DNA of 64,000 nucleotides, taken from the NCBI GenBank assembly GCA_029953675.1, contig JAMWBK010000010.1:558001-622000 (forward strand), given 5' to 3'. The stretch comes from Rhodosorus marinus CCMP1338. Lineage: Eukaryota; Plantae; Rhodophyta. Positions 25,701 to 37,976 of the stretch are shown piece by piece (position 1 is the stretch's first letter; each line of letters begins with the position of its first letter). Below the pieces are notes generated by a model. It saw nothing but the letters and a program-made list of their open reading frames with translations, was not told where the DNA came from and did no database searches. The translations under genes were made by a program, and so were the position numbers.

Positions 25701-25814
25701 ATGCATAGGCATCGTCGATCGACTCTGACCGTCTACTATACACAAACGTTCTGGGCAGCGCCGAACTATCAGCCAACGGAAAAGAATCTTGGACAATCGT
25801 TGGCAGGATGGCAC

Positions 25815-28800
25815 TCAAAATTGGAGATGGCTCTTGATGACACGGTTCGCGTTCGCCCGTGAACCCACATCCGAGTACAGCCTGACGAGATTATACGCCG
25901 CATCCCTCGATATGTCCTTCTTCGCTCCCCGCATATCTATGGCCAGCACCTGCTCGTACAATGGAGCAGCGACGTGTACCAAATTGCAGAAATGATAAAA
26001 ACGAGCGCAATTGTACAAGACCTCTGCCTTCACTTCAGGACAGCCATTTTCTCGGAGGTGACGATATTCTTGCAGAAAAGTTAGACCCTTTAGAACACAT
26101 TCTCCCCTGTTACGAATTCGCCTGGCTTGGCCCATATGAAGGTACACTAAGGCTAGCAGTAGACTTATCATCGCCTCATTTGGTCGTATTGTGTAGGCCT
26201 GAAGGTATATGGCCTCTGCACATCTAAAAAACGACGGCAGCGAGTCAGGACTATGTTGATCATGGCTTTTAAGAAACTGTCCCTACCTATAGCTCCCACT
26301 TTCGTAGAATCCATTGCCGACGCTTAAAAGACATGGAAGAACTCCCGGATTCTTCGCGCACAGGCGATTGGTGAACTTGAAAGTTGCCTTCGCCAGATTT
26401 CGCCTCTTACCGTTCTTGTGAAGGCCGACAAGAGCTGAGAGGACATACCAGTAAGTGGCCTGATCCGGTTTCTCTGTACACAGGCCCCTTAATTCTAAAC
26501 AAATTGATACCCAATTAAGCCCGCAATAGACCTCGCAATACTGTTTGTCACCCGGCTGCAATCTTACCATCATACGCGTGCATCAACTGGCGACCTCTTA
26601 TCGACGCAGCAACCCCCAGAAGCCGTAAACGTTCAATTAGGCTGACATCTGTTACTTCCTTAAGGTAGACGAGGCGGCTGATGATCAACGCAGCCTGCTC
26701 CTCCCGGTCAATGTCGCACATTGCTCTCCAAAACTTTTCCAGCAGATCCAAGTACTGTTCATCTGTGAGAACCTTGCGAACTGCAATACCGACATCCCTC
26801 ATTGAGAATCCATATTTTTCTTTTCCAGATTTTTTGGCCCTCCGACGGCCTGTAGAAAACTGGAAGAGCCACCCGCCTCCTCCGCCTTCGCTGGGCTCTT
26901 CGCCGTTGCTATCCCGCTCAATGCCGTGAAGAAGTTCTCCCGAGTTCGTTTTCGAGGCGTCTGCTGCGTTCCTTCGAGGTAGGTTACACGCTGCGTCCAT
27001 CAACGGCAGTAGAGTCTCAACATACCTGTGAGGATCCTCTTGTTCGTACCGCTCAGCGAAGCCGAGAATTCGCAGCACCGTTTCCTCTGCGGCCGCAACA
27101 GCGTGTGCTTTTTCCCTCATTGATCCTTCTATTTTCTTCAGGATACCCGTGATCTTTGTCTCCTCGCCTATTTTGGGATACAGCTCCACAAGTTGCATGG
27201 ACGCCTGGGTGAGGAAACATCATGAAATCTTGAGCTCTTGGTTTATCCGTGTCTGATCTCTTCCAGATTGATCTCCATGAACCCACCTCTACCATTCCGT
27301 GAGAGAGTTCCACGGCTTTCTCGAGGTCTAATTTCGCCTTGTCCAGTTGACCAAGCTCCTTGTACGCAGTACCTCTTCTCAACAAGAGGCCAGTGTTGGA
27401 GTGCTCAAAAGCTTCCAGTTCGTTGAAAACCGAGATGGAGAGCTCAAAATGCTTCTCATCCAGCAACGCCTCGCCCAAGTCCCAGAAGAGGGACTTGTAC
27501 TTTGAGTACTGAGATCCTAGCAATCCCAATGCCTGCCTGTAAACCGCAAAATTAGAGGAGTGGCTTCTGTTTGTTAGGGAGTGGTAGTCGTAATCTCCTT
27601 CATTAGAAAGGACCTAAGCTGGTTTCTTGAGCAAGAGGCTCACTCGAGTTCTTCGCTCGGTTTGTTCGACCCGAGTCGAATATTGCATATGGCTTGGCGT
27701 ACACGGAGATCAACAGGAAACTTCTCAGCGTGCCCTGCAGTGACCAGGCAGTAGCGAGTCAGGAGTGCGCCAGCGTCCACATATTTTCGAAGTACGAAGA
27801 GTCCCTCAACCATTTTGTTCATCATTCTGGGGTCTACTTTTTCTAGATCACCTTCACCCAACACCTTCTCCACTGTAGCGTAAAGGACATTTACAGACTT
27901 TTCTGGTAGGGCGATGCTTTCGTACAAATCTGCAATTCGGAACACTATATCATGTCGCTCCGGAGTTCTCCTCAACAGTCGCTCGAAGGTCTCTGCTGCT
28001 TGGCGAATATCACGCCTTTCTTCTCTGAGTTCGGCCAGGCGTTCCAAACTCGCCAAATCCTTTCCTTTCGAGTACTTAACGGCCATGGAGAAGCAGAAAA
28101 TTGCCTGATCGTTATTCCCAAGGGACATGCTGTAGAGCGCGTTCTTCCTCCACAGGGCAGCATCGCTTCTCTCGAGAAGCGCGGCGATCATGTAGTAGTC
28201 CAGGGCTCGGCGTCGGTCGTTGAGCTCCTCGTGGATCAGCCCCAATGTATGGTAAGGAGGGATGGCCTTGGGTGCATCCTTTGCAATTCGTCGGAGAATT
28301 TTCAGGGCATCATCAAATTCCCTCCTCATGTACAGCGTGTTCGCTTCGCCCATGAGGCCCTCCAAATGCTTCGGTAAACCGGAGCTCTTCCTCCGTCGCC
28401 TTCCTGTGCGTTTTGCGCGTTTTCCTTTGCGCTGATCTTCTTCAAGAATTCTATCTACAGCGGCGGACGAGATGCGATCCTCGCCAGCTTTTCGCTTGCG
28501 CTTTCTTGATCGCATGAACTCCAGCTCCAGCTCGTACATGTCCTCTTCCTCCTCGTCATATGCCTCCGTATCCTCATCCTCTGCTTGCTGGTCTCCGCCA
28601 TCAGCTTCGTCTACAGGAGTTTGCTCATCACTGCCGTCGTCCTCCTCATCATCATCCTCATCGTCGTCTTCCTCAGAAAGCTGATCATCTCCGGTGTCAA
28701 AATTCTCCAGTTCTTCGACATCATGCTCATCGAAACGAAAAGTGGAGTCATCGTCTTCATCCTGACCCTCCTCCTCTTCTTCTGCATCTCTCCTTTGTGC

Positions 28801-28830
28801 CTCCTCCATTCCTCGCTTTGCGAGTCCCAT
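25815..28830 (-). CDS. GTF3C3: TFIIIC subunit 3 (TFIIIC102/Tfc4), multi-exon TPR protein
   Basis: Acidic N-terminus followed by LMGEANTLY...PPYHTLGLIHEE TPRs. C-terminal AEVLYNCARFYHFCNLVHVAAPLYEQVL...RDAAYNLVRLY is characteristic of Tfc4/GTF3C3. Confidence 0.9.
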
Positions 28831-29848
28831 CGTTTTCTGAAGAATATGCGTACGAGCTATGTACGCGAAATCCAAAGCATGGATCAAACCAGAACTGCAC
28901 AAGTCTCTAACTACTGACCTACAGACCTCTTCAAAAAGGGTTCTCTATCCCCGCCGAACCAGCAAAAACCCTTTACAATTTACAAGATCTCAAAAAAGTC
29001 CAAAAGGTCGGATCCCAACTCTCGCTTCAACTGATCGCAGCATACACTGTCATTCCAAACTCTCCTGAACTCGGCCTCTGGAGGTCGTCTCTGGAAAAAA
29101 TCTCAAGCTTCATCTTTAGCTACCGTGGCGCTAACCACATCACTAGCATCCAAACCTCGAGAAAGCCAAGACAACCAAAAAGCCTTTCATTCTCGAGTAC
29201 ACCTGCCTGCAGCTGTCAAAGCTTCATGGCAATTGTCGTTTAGTTACCCCATTTACAACTCAGCTCGACCTATTGAACCCAGCTGAAGTATCAGCTGCCA
29301 GGGTATCTCCCCTCACCTTGGCCAAGCGCATTTATCAACGCTTCATGTTATGCGTGGGAGATCACTGCTCGAAGTTTTCTCGTGTTTTCAGAGTCACCAG
29401 AGCTGGAACATTCGCCAGTCTATTTCCGCTTGGCTTGGCCAAGCTATTTCATCAGCGCTTCAAGCGTTCCCTGGACTCCTCGCCTTTTGGCCTTCTGAGG
29501 CAGGTTAGGAATGGAGGAAGTCCTTTTGGTCAGTAGCTCAACTTGCAATCTTTATCGGGCATTTCACGGTTCCTCTAGTCCTTTGGGCTGCTGCATAAAC
29601 AGATATTCTTTCAGCTCTCCATTCAAGAAAGCGGTCGTTACGTCCGCGTAGGAAGACAGGACGTGCTGAAACCCAAGTTCAAGATCAGGAGATTCGTTTT
29701 TTTACGGGTAACAACCGCGAGAAGGGAGAACTACATTCTCTCCGAGTCAAACCTCTCGCACTATCCTATGCACTGAATGTGTAGATCCCAATCCCAGTTC
29801 GCCAGACCCAATATTTCAGTACTTATTTTAGTCAGTTAGTACAATAAC

Positions 29849-31840
29849 TTAGTAATGCCCTGATCTGAGATAGCTCGAAATGGCTTCGTCGGTGTCAGCT
29901 TGTTCAAGAGGTAGCTGCTCGTTCCGGAGGAGGTTGAAAATGCTTGCTGGTATCTCTGGGTCTGCAGCTTCGTGAACGCTCAGTCCATCTATTGATCTAA
30001 AGAGTTCATCAACAACGGTAAGGGCTTTTGGGTCTGGGGCGGTTACGGACAGCCTAGAAAACCTGTCTTGCGTGTTGTCCTCGATCTGCAAGTGAAGCTC
30101 CTCCTGAAGCTTGAGTAGCTCAGATTTAACGGGCCCAATACATCCAATAGCATGGTACACTTTCGTTGTCGAGGGGTCTGCCGGCATTTTCTGTACTGAG
30201 TCAGTGGAGAGCGACACCCAACCCAGTTCATGCAACAACCTTGGCTCTGATCCGACAATCGCAGCGTACACGCGCATACCCGCGCACGATAGAACTGTCG
30301 TGCTCAACAGGGTGAACCCCTCCTCGTCAACAACTCTACTCAACCGAGTCTGGCTCGAGATCTGCTCCCCCAAGAGCACCAGTCGAAGTCCGCCGATCTT
30401 CCGGTTGGTGCGAACCTTCGCCCAAACGACATGCTGCATTTGAAACAGCGTCTTCCCCCAGCCGTGTACGTTGAAAAATACCTCTGGAACTTCTTCTTCC
30501 AGCTCGTGGTCTGATTGTGGTAATGACGACTTGGAGCCTGCTATACACTTGAGATCCTCCCATACGGGTAAAATCGTTGGCATCGATTGATGCCAACCAT
30601 CTTCCTTGAGTCTTGTCCTGGACAGCCGATTCAGGGTTCGAGCCACGCGATCTTGAACAAGTCTTTTCTTCTCTATAGAGTTGGCAATCTCCGAGAGGTT
30701 CTGAATGCCATTGCAAAGCCTCTTCGCCAGGTGAGATTCGATGAGCGAGAATTGGTTGTTTTCCGACTCCGGCTGATAGGACTGGAAAAGGTAGACAGGT
30801 GCGCCTGCATGAACCTCTAGAGAATTTTGAGACGTTTGCAGAGGAACAACCTTTTCCGAATCAAAGCTAAGCACCAGAAGGCAGCCAATAGTTTCGGGAA
30901 TGAACACCTGGTGTGGATCTCCTGCAGATGGACCGCAAATGTGTAGAATTGTGCTGCCCTTCGGACTCTGGGCGATCAAGTATTCGTCGAAGATCGTCAT
31001 GGCTATAGGACAATCTCCGATGGAAGTTACGACTGACCGCGGTGCACTCTTAGAGTAGAGAATGACTTCACCTCCAGCGAAGCAGACAGCAAGACTTCCG
31101 TCAGATAGAAACGCAGCGCACCTGGCAAGTTCGGCTGCGGGTTCGTTGAAATTCGAGACCAGTTCTTTGCTCCTACATTTTCCTGCTTCCCAGCTCTCAT
31201 CACCGAACTCCAATTGAACGATCTTGTCCTCTCCATCAACCTGCAATGTGGCAAGAGGGTTTTTTCCCCCATAGGAAAGCCAATAGTTAGGTTTTTTGAG
31301 TCTGTGGTTGACCTCTAGTACAAGACAGTTCACCTTCGACAGCAGGATATTCTGACCAAGTATCAAGAGTGGCTCGACATGCTCCTCTTCCCATGCATAG
31401 GCACCTTTACAAGTAGCAATCGCCGCTTTGCCATTGCAGATGGTCAGAACTCCTGCACCAGCGCAAGATCGATATGAAAAATCGGAGGATGTGACAATGT
31501 AACCAGGGCAGTCAAACAGCCAGGTCAACCGGAGTCCATCGAGAACGAAGAGCGCAAGAATATTCGAGCTCTTGACCAACACGGCGGTCTGAGGAACACT
31601 CCCGCCTTGCGTGTTTTCAACTACCTCGACACCCACGACCGACCATTCAACATCCAGTCGATCAGGACTTAGGCCAATCTCAATCCGCTCGACCTCGTTG
31701 CAATCGAAATCCAGCAGACGGGCTTCAAGACCTTGAGACAAGACCCCAGACGAAACCCGTAGAAGACCGAGCACTCTACCGCATCCGTCTGCGGCTAATC
31801 CAATACCCAATTCCGAATGCGAAGCTACCACTGCCGCCAT
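29849..31840 (-). CDS. FANCB-like protein (beta-rich N-terminus, coiled coil, beta-sandwich)
   Basis: Intronless ORF of about 663 aa. LAKRLCNGIQNLSEIANSIEKKRLVQDRVARTLNRL...MPTILPVW...VVWAKVRT..IGGLRLVLL resembles the FANCB coiled-coil and sandwich region as recalled; not verified. Confidence 0.5.
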   Translation of the reverse strand: MAAVVASHSELGIGLAADGCGRVLGLLRVSSGVLSQGLEARLLDFDCNEVERIEIGLSPDRLDVEWSVVGVEVVENTQGGSVPQTAVLVKSSNILALFVLDGLRLTWLFDCPGYIVTSSDFSYRSCAGAGVLTICNGKAAIATCKGAYAWEEEHVEPLLILGQNILLSKVNCLVLEVNHRLKKPNYWLSYGGKNPLATLQVDGEDKIVQLEFGDESWEAGKCRSKELVSNFNEPAAELARCAAFLSDGSLAVCFAGGEVILYSKSAPRSVVTSIGDCPIAMTIFDEYLIAQSPKGSTILHICGPSAGDPHQVFIPETIGCLLVLSFDSEKVVPLQTSQNSLEVHAGAPVYLFQSYQPESENNQFSLIESHLAKRLCNGIQNLSEIANSIEKKRLVQDRVARTLNRLSRTRLKEDGWHQSMPTILPVWEDLKCIAGSKSSLPQSDHELEEEVPEVFFNVHGWGKTLFQMQHVVWAKVRTNRKIGGLRLVLLGEQISSQTRLSRVVDEEGFTLLSTTVLSCAGMRVYAAIVGSEPRLLHELGWVSLSTDSVQKMPADPSTTKVYHAIGCIGPVKSELLKLQEELHLQIEDNTQDRFSRLSVTAPDPKALTVVDELFRSIDGLSVHEAADPEIPASIFNLLRNEQLPLEQADTDEAISSYLRSGHY

Positions 31841-34037
31841 CCTGGTCACTTCAAAGCCTCGTCATTGCAAGAGGATGAGCAATCAAGTCCTGAAAAGAAA
31901 GTTCCTTTCTTGAATTAGCATCATCTCAAGATCACACGGGATTCGGGCTGCCTCCGCGATCATACGACCCCGCAAGCTCAATCTATTCCTCTTCGCGGGT
32001 TGATGCGTGGATACCACATGAACACACGGTCGGAATCCTCGTTGATGATCTGTAGTTGGATCGCTAGCAGTGTCCGCGAGTTATCCAAGAGAGGAGTCTT
32101 GAGGACTTAGCACAACTTCACAGCGCAGTCAAAGGAGAAGTCGATGCGGAAGGACCACACAATCCGGGTTACGGGCTCCATTTTCAGATGCTATTCGATG
32201 AATTCTGACCTTCTGCGTGCAGCTGGTAGTGCTTCAAACTTGGTTCCTCCAAAACCATATGGTGAAGAGCACGAACTCCAGTAAAACTATGTAAAGGAGC
32301 CTTCAACTCACGAGTCTTTCCTGGAAGCGCAAAAAAATCCCCGTTCTTGATTGTCAGGGAGCCGGAACAAATTGCGATAAGCATCCTGCAATCGAGCTGT
32401 TACAACTGGCTCCAATATTTGCAAGCGGCTCAAGAACGCTCTACCAACGAGCGGGGCTCGTTACACTCAATCGGATATTCTACACACCACAGTTCCTGCC
32501 AAAGTGACCTGATCAGAAGAGCGTCATACGACTGGGTCCCAGCAAGGCCAAAGTACGTCTGACCAAATGCCAAGACCGGATAGCGATCCTATTTCACTCT
32601 GACCGATCTGAAAACCCAAAGTACTACGCAAGCCTATATTCTTCCAACGACCTGATTTAAGGGGCGCTGGCGACTCCAATTTGACCTGGTACCCTCTTGG
32701 TCAGATTGGCAGCAGAGGATATCGGATGTGCTCTTCAACCCGTAGCGACCCAGGGCCTATAGCTGCGTGACCAGGATATCAATCCTGGTCACGCAGCTGT
32801 CGTTGAATCTCTAGCGTTCAAACATTCCTTTCTAGTTGGACGCGCGTCATCACCGCGGCTTGTTTCTCGCCTCAGGGTAGGGGCTCCGGATGAACGGATG
32901 ATAATATCCGATGCGCACCCACGCGCACCTTCGTGCACTATCCCCAACTATCATTGCAAGAAGCCTTGCTCCATTCATAACTTTCTTTGATGTTTTTATA
33001 TGTGGGATTCCTCCTGGTCGAAGTGTTGACCCCTTGATTCCCATTTCAATGTGAGAGTCTTCGTATGTTGCCCAGAAATAGATACAGAATTCTGATCCCC
33101 AAAATCCTCTCAACAACTCTCCTGAAAACCCGTTTCCTGACAAGACGGGGGCAATAAAACACACTTCCCCCCCTCCTCTCTTCTCCATACCAGCAAACAA
33201 ATTGTTCTAATTTTATTTTATTTTATATTTTATGTCCGTTACTTATTGATGTTGTTTTTATCACCCCTACCCAAACAGCGATTGAGGTCACCAGTAAAAA
33301 GGTCGCTGACAACGAGAATGGTTTTACTTGTATAGCCGAATAAATTGAATAGGACGAAGTACACTAACTGGTCCAAAACAAATCTACGCCCTTACTACTG
33401 TATTCAAAGGTAAGAGCTTTGAGGTGTATTATCTATATCAAGGATTGCCATTTCAGCTTTTGCGTTGGGAGGGGTAGTTTCTAAGACGTCTTATTGTCAT
33501 TTTTTCAATGGCATGGAGAACATATCTCAAGTTGATGGTATTGCATTCAGTGATGGGCTTTTCTGCATGTCAAACGTAATAAAACCTAACAGTCCTCGTG
33601 TTTTCGTATATCTGTACGATGATGATGAGGTTCTGGCTGAAGGCTGGAGTTGTTGTAGGTGTAGAAGAAGATAGAAGGGATATGGGAAGGACAACAAAAA
33701 GATAAAAAGCATACTTAAGATTCTGTGGTTGAGGATCCGTGGTGTTTGACTGTTCTTGAGAATCACCAGAGGAATCAGAAGAGTTGATTGCTTGAAGCAA
33801 TGAGAGGATGTAACGTAAAAGATTACGCGTTTCGATAAGCAAAAGTCTCGTTGGTGATGGATGAGCTCGATCGCGTTGAATAAACCTTGTTGTAAAGTGT
33901 GAACGATATGCTAAGATTGTCGTGCTGCTCTGTTAGGAACATTCTCTTACCCAGGAAGGAGGACAGGTCTTTTTCAACTGAAATATGAGGTAGCTTTTGA
34001 GCAAGTATATGCCCCAGGGCTACTAACTCTGCTGTGA

Positions 34038-34102
34038 ACTAAACACCAACTACTAAAAAGCTAGCTTTTTAGTAGTTGGCTTTTTAGTAGTTGGTGTTTA
34101 GT
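34038..34102. repeat. Perfect palindrome with a 15-bp internal duplication
   Basis: CCAACTACTAAAAAG-CTAG-CTTTTTAGTAGTTGG (34046-34079) is a perfect 34-bp palindrome. CTTTTTAGTAGTTGG repeats at 34080-34094 and continues as TGTTTAGT, which is complementary to ACTAAACA at 34038. Confidence 0.95.
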
Positions 34103-34548
34103 GTTTGCTGTTTGCAGACCCAGAAGCGGTTAAACCTGAGAAAGAGGGAGAGAGGAGGGTGGATTTGGATTGATAGGGCGTGTGGGGTAAGCAAAAAAAA
34201 AGGAGGAAGAGTTTGACTTAATGTATATTGAATAGCTTATGGGGTTGGGTGAAATATTCTATCTTTGTTTATGTGGAAATCCCGTCGTTGTAATTCTGCG
34301 TTGCCGTTGCAGGCGTTGCCGTTGCAGGCGTGTGTTGCGGCCTTGTCGTACCCTGCCATCTGAGCCTCAGATACCAGTCTTCCACATGTTCCTGATGCAG
34401 GCTCTATAGTAATTGTAGGCTCAATAACTGGCTTCGAGCCGGACAGCAACATTGGAGCATACTCCATCACGAAAACTGTGCTCTTGGCCTGGTCAAGAGT
34501 TCTGGCGAAGGAGTTGTCCTCACGGGAGATCAGAGTAAGTAACAGATT

Positions 34549-35039
34549 CCACGCCTCCGGGATTACCCTTCGAATCACCTCCAAAGAATGCGTCCGCGAG
34601 ACGCTGTTGAACGCGTTACGGAAGTCCACCACCAAAACGCCCCAAATCCGGCCTACTGGCTCGCTCGAGCTCGATCGCATGAGTGATCAGTTCGCAACCC
34701 CCGGAAAATCCCACCCCTACCTGCCAAGGCGCCATAAAAGCGGTGACTCGCTGGCATAGGCGCTGGCACACCCGGGTCTCCGGCCGATCGGCATGGTCGA
34801 GAGTCTACCGAAGCTCGCCGGGAGGTGGCTATGCCAGCGAGTCACCGCTTTTATGGCGCCTTGGCAGGTAGGGGTGGGATTTTCCGGGGGTTGCGAACTG
34901 ATCGCTCATGGGATCGAGCTCGAGCGAGCCAGTAGGCCGGATTTGGGGCGTTTTGGTGGTTGACTTTCGTAACGCGTTCAACAGCGTCTCACGAACGCAT
35001 TCTTTGGAGGCGATTCGAAGGGTATTCCCGTAGGCATGG
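34549..35039. repeat. Inverted repeat, 211-bp arms (34549-34759 / 34829-35039) with a 69-bp spacer
   Basis: Arms aligned by eye with about 10 substitutions. Both encode the RT segment GVLVVDFRNAFNSVSRTHSLE. Confidence 0.95.
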
Positions 35040-37040
35040 CCGTTTCTATCCGGTATTTACGGAGGGGGGAGCCTCCCTTACTTGACAACGCAGGGCTCTG
35101 TTTTTGCAGCACGTACTGCGGTTCAACTTGGTGATCCTTGTGGGCCTGTACTTCACGCCTGTGCCTTGCAGCTCGTGCTCCTGCGACTGGCGGCTGAGGC
35201 GCCGGATCTTCGAATCTGTGCCCACCACGACGACGTGACGTTGCTGGCCACCTCTGAGACCTTGGCTCGGGGATTGACCCAGATCGAAGCAATAGCACGT
35301 GGAGTAGGTCTGACCGTGGAACCCGAAAAATGCCGTTTCTCGCCCCGCGTGAAGTTTCGAAGGGCTCCCTGCCCTCTAGTCTCCGAGTCTTTGTTGAACG
35401 TGATGGGCTGGAGCACCATGGCGTCGGTTTGGGGAGTGACAACTTCGTGCAAGACTCCTGCGAACGAGTTTTAGCACGCCATAAGCAGCTCACTGACGCC
35501 GTTGAGTGCATACCGGACAGCATGCTACAGTCTGCATGCCTGCTTTCCCGCTTTTGTGACGCCCCCAGCTGAATTACTGGCTGCGAAGCCTTCCATCACA
35601 TTGGGGCTCGTGGATGGCAGCCAAGGCGGACGAGGCGATGCTGAGGCACTGGGTAACGCTTTTGGATGAACCCCTGGATGTTGCAGCGGCTCCTGACAGG
35701 GACCTAATTCGTGCCCAGATTTTCCTACCGTTGCGATTAGGTGGATTGGGAGTGGCCGACCGTGGACTCGTATCTTCGCCTGCGGCGGTCGCCTGCTGGG
35801 CTACCGCGCTTCGCACCTTGGTGAGTTTTCGCATGCGAAGTGCCTGCCTCTTGGCTAGCGCACTGACTAGCGAAGACCCCGCGACCCTTCCGCCACCGCT
35901 TTTGAGTATCTATGATGCTCTGCAACATGCGTTCAGTAAGTGCAACGCCGTGCCGGACGAGAATCGATCCAAGTTCCGCTCCTGGAGAGAGCTGTTATGG
36001 GGAGGCGATCGAGGACACTCCCATCGACAGAGTCCTCGCAGACGAGGGGGAAGCCAGACCCGGGTCACCTGTTCCAGATTACCCGGTTCTGAGCCGATTG
36101 TGGAGCTCGCGCACTGATGTGATTCAACATAGCCTCACCTGGGGCCAACACAGTGCCGCTCAGGCAATCTTGCTCAACTCTCCCCTCACACTGCCTACCA
36201 CCGCCGCTCGCCTCCGCGGCATGGGAGGCAACCTGTCGCACTTGTGGTTAACCACGCTGCCTTCGTTACTGGGTCACCGTCTCGATGCCTTTCAGTTCCG
36301 CTCTGCTGCACGGATCTATCTGGATTTTGCCAGTGCTCCGTGGCACTCTAATCGGCCGTCTTTCTCTCAGGGATGTGAGAGTCGGATCGATGCTTGTGGT
36401 TACCACTTCTTAGGTTCATGCGGACTGTTGAGAGGTCTTCGTACGAGGCGTCACACTCGCTTCAAGTACATTCTCAGCGAATGTTTGACTCGGGTAGGGC
36501 AAACGGGTGAGGTGGAATCGGAACTGCCCAGATCGGTCTCGGACACGGCACCGCCCCGCTGTATCGCAGATCTTCTCGTCTCCGATGCTGCCGCCAGATG
36601 ATCAGCATTTGTTGACCGCGCGACTACATGTGCTGTGGCAAGCGCCCATCTCACGGCTGCCGCCCGCCGCCGGGGAGCAGCGGCTTCGGCCCTTCGCCGC
36701 GTGAAGGAGCGACGGTATGCTGGGAGTATGGCCAGTCTGCCTCGCGCTGAGGGTCGCTCCCACCGGTTCCAGCCTTTCATTGTGGAAAGCTTTGGTCACG
36801 TGGAGAAGTCGGGTTTGGAGTGATTTCCCGGAAATGTTTTACTGAGCATCCTGTTGAATACTTGGAACTTTTGCAGCGTTTAAGTGTCCCTCTATGGCGA
36901 TATTCGAGTAGCATGCTTGCCGAGGCGCGACATAGGCGCCTGGGTTTGCACGCTTCCCTACCTAGTTCTTAGCTCCTTTTCACGCTTTGCGTAGCGCTTC
37001 AGGCTATGCCAATAAAGCCAGCCAAAGCCAATAAAGCCAG
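34549..37040 (+). mobile_element. Decayed, 5'-truncated CRE-like non-LTR retrotransposon (RT + CCHC zinc finger + restriction-like endonuclease)
   Basis: RT motifs DFRNAFNSVSR, VQLGDPCGP (from QQGDPLGP), HHDD (from YLDD) and GLTVEPEKC, plus LPLRLGGLGV. C-terminal DACGYHFLGSC, RTRRH, IADL, KERRY and FQPFIVESFG. In-frame stops and frameshifts are present. Repetitive tail GCCAATAAAGCCA twice at 37008-37040. Confidence 0.85.
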
Positions 37041-37976
37041 TAATCCCAACTCTTGTCAGAAAAGCATGATACTATTGTAATCAGTCAGGACGACATCAGT
37101 AAATTTATATCACCTCAATAGATGAATCCCCGTCAAGAAAAAGTTTCATAGAAGAAAAACAAAGCTTGGTTATCGAATCTGATAAACGATATATATCCAG
37201 CTATAAAACGAATATCCCCTTGAAAAAAAAAACAAAAAACGAAGGTATTCAATCCATATCTCAGTCAATTTATATCACCTCAGTTAACAAACCCGGTCAA
37301 GAATCATTGTTTTCATAAATCTAATAAACGATATAGATAGCTATTAACTCCGTACATTTGCCTTGCCTTTTCGGTTTTTGCGTCAAAGAAGATGAAAGCC
37401 GGTTGGAGTGATGTCGATGGCTGGTAGCCCGGTTGTGGTAGCCTCAGAGGGCAAAAGTCATTCAGCCAACCCCGATTTCCTTTAGAGCTCGGAGGGGGCA
37501 GCCAAGTGCATAGTTTCTGAGGCAGACAGAGGAATTTTGGGTGATACGGACAACTGGTAGCCCTGGTGGTGGTAGCCTTAGGGGGCTGAACAATCTCAGC
37601 TAAACCTGGCTTCAAGCAGAGTTCGGAGTGGGCACCTTTGTGCCGACACTGCTGAGGTGCAGGATCTACCTGTCCGTGTTTTTTTTGATCGTGACAGCGA
37701 TATGCTCTCAACGGGTACACGTCATCCTTTCTACGGAGACTATTCCGTGGCATTCGAAAAACAACTGATTTACGCAGTGCTGAGGCCTTCATGGGGTTCG
37801 TGTTCGCGTTGGGAGCCCAGCCGGGCTCGGAGCTGGAGCCAGTCATCGACATCGCTGTCTCGCCATCCGAATTGGAGCGGGGCGCTCTCGCCTTGTGGTC
37901 CGTAGCTCATTGTCATAAGAGACTTCAGTTCGGGGAAAGCTAGCTCGATAATCAGAAGAGTTGATTGCTTGAAGCA

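Noticed and set aside
29100-29790. Possible small spliced plus-strand gene between GTF3C3 and the FANCB-like gene
   Set aside because: Plausible splice sites exist, but there is no recognisable product or confident start.
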